DNA of 64,000 bases from Tubulanus polymorphus (taxonomy: Eukaryota; Animalia; Nemertea), in contig NC_134028.1 in assembly GCF_964204645.1 (NCBI RefSeq), forward strand, positions 5,456,001 to 5,520,000. The letters run 5' to 3'. The notes beneath the pieces are model-generated. The model searched no databases. It was given only the letters and a program-made list of their open reading frames with translations, and had not been told where the DNA came from. Below, piece by piece: positions 63,697 to 64,000 of the stretch. Both the position numbers and the translations under genes were made by a program. How positions within the stretch are numbered: the first letter of the stretch is position 1; each line of letters starts with the position of its first letter.

Positions 63697-63934
63697 CCGG
63701 GTGGCCACTGACCTGGAAAACTCAGAATTAGGAAATTTGGCAAATTTTATCAAAAAGTGGGAAAACTCTGGGAATTTAAAATTAGGACAGCACGTTCCTT
63801 TCACATTTCTTGATAAAATTGTAACATTTAAACCTAGAAATTTCCTCAATGCACTCAGGGTATTCTGTGTGATTACATGGAAAAATCAGGGAGAGCTTCT
63901 TGGATTTGTAAATAGGTGGAAAGTGGCCACCCTG
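63697..63934. mobile_element. hAT-like MITE with CAGGGTGGCCACT termini
   Basis: CCGGGTGGCCACTGACCTGGAAA...GGAAAGTGGCCACCCTG; relatives at ~44404-44630 and ~6645-7175. Confidence 0.65.
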
Positions 63935-64000
63935 ACAAATATTCCAGTTCCATAAGAAAAGCCAGATTTGCTGTGAGGACGCAATTGTACACAGTACCGT

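Noticed and set aside
58041-64000. Next slowpoke exon (expected A.FAS..PEI)
   Set aside because: No in-frame match found; the PEIPS near 62940 lacks the context. The exon probably lies beyond the window.

Overview
AT-rich, intron-containing genomic DNA from an animal. It is probably a marine invertebrate such as a lophotrochozoan, but that is inference only. Seven spliced protein-coding genes can be reconstructed by hand from GT/GC-AG junctions and reading phase: (1) an uncharacterised protein with a divergent CBM20-like starch/glycogen-binding module (minus, 1184-2933); (2) eIF3L, head-to-head with it (3753-8994); (3) a secreted trypsin-like protease with an unusual Gly193->Met; (4) a secreted PAN/Apple plus C-type-lectin-like protein; (5) an IRF1/2-type transcription factor with a GC-AG intron and a C-terminal HCF-binding DHxY motif; (6) IPMK; (7) the first six coding exons of the BK channel slowpoke/KCNMA1, which continues past the window. 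Intergenic and intronic space holds three LINE fragments, a decayed LTR/gag remnant and many MITE families, some nested. The most striking non-coding signal is a set of short inverted-repeat elements carrying minimal type I hammerhead ribozymes of the Penelope-like kind: intact at 38406-38447, near-intact at 32647-32693, and decayed inside a 73-bp perfect palindrome at 10191-10390. All calls are from manual reading; no database search or folding was run.
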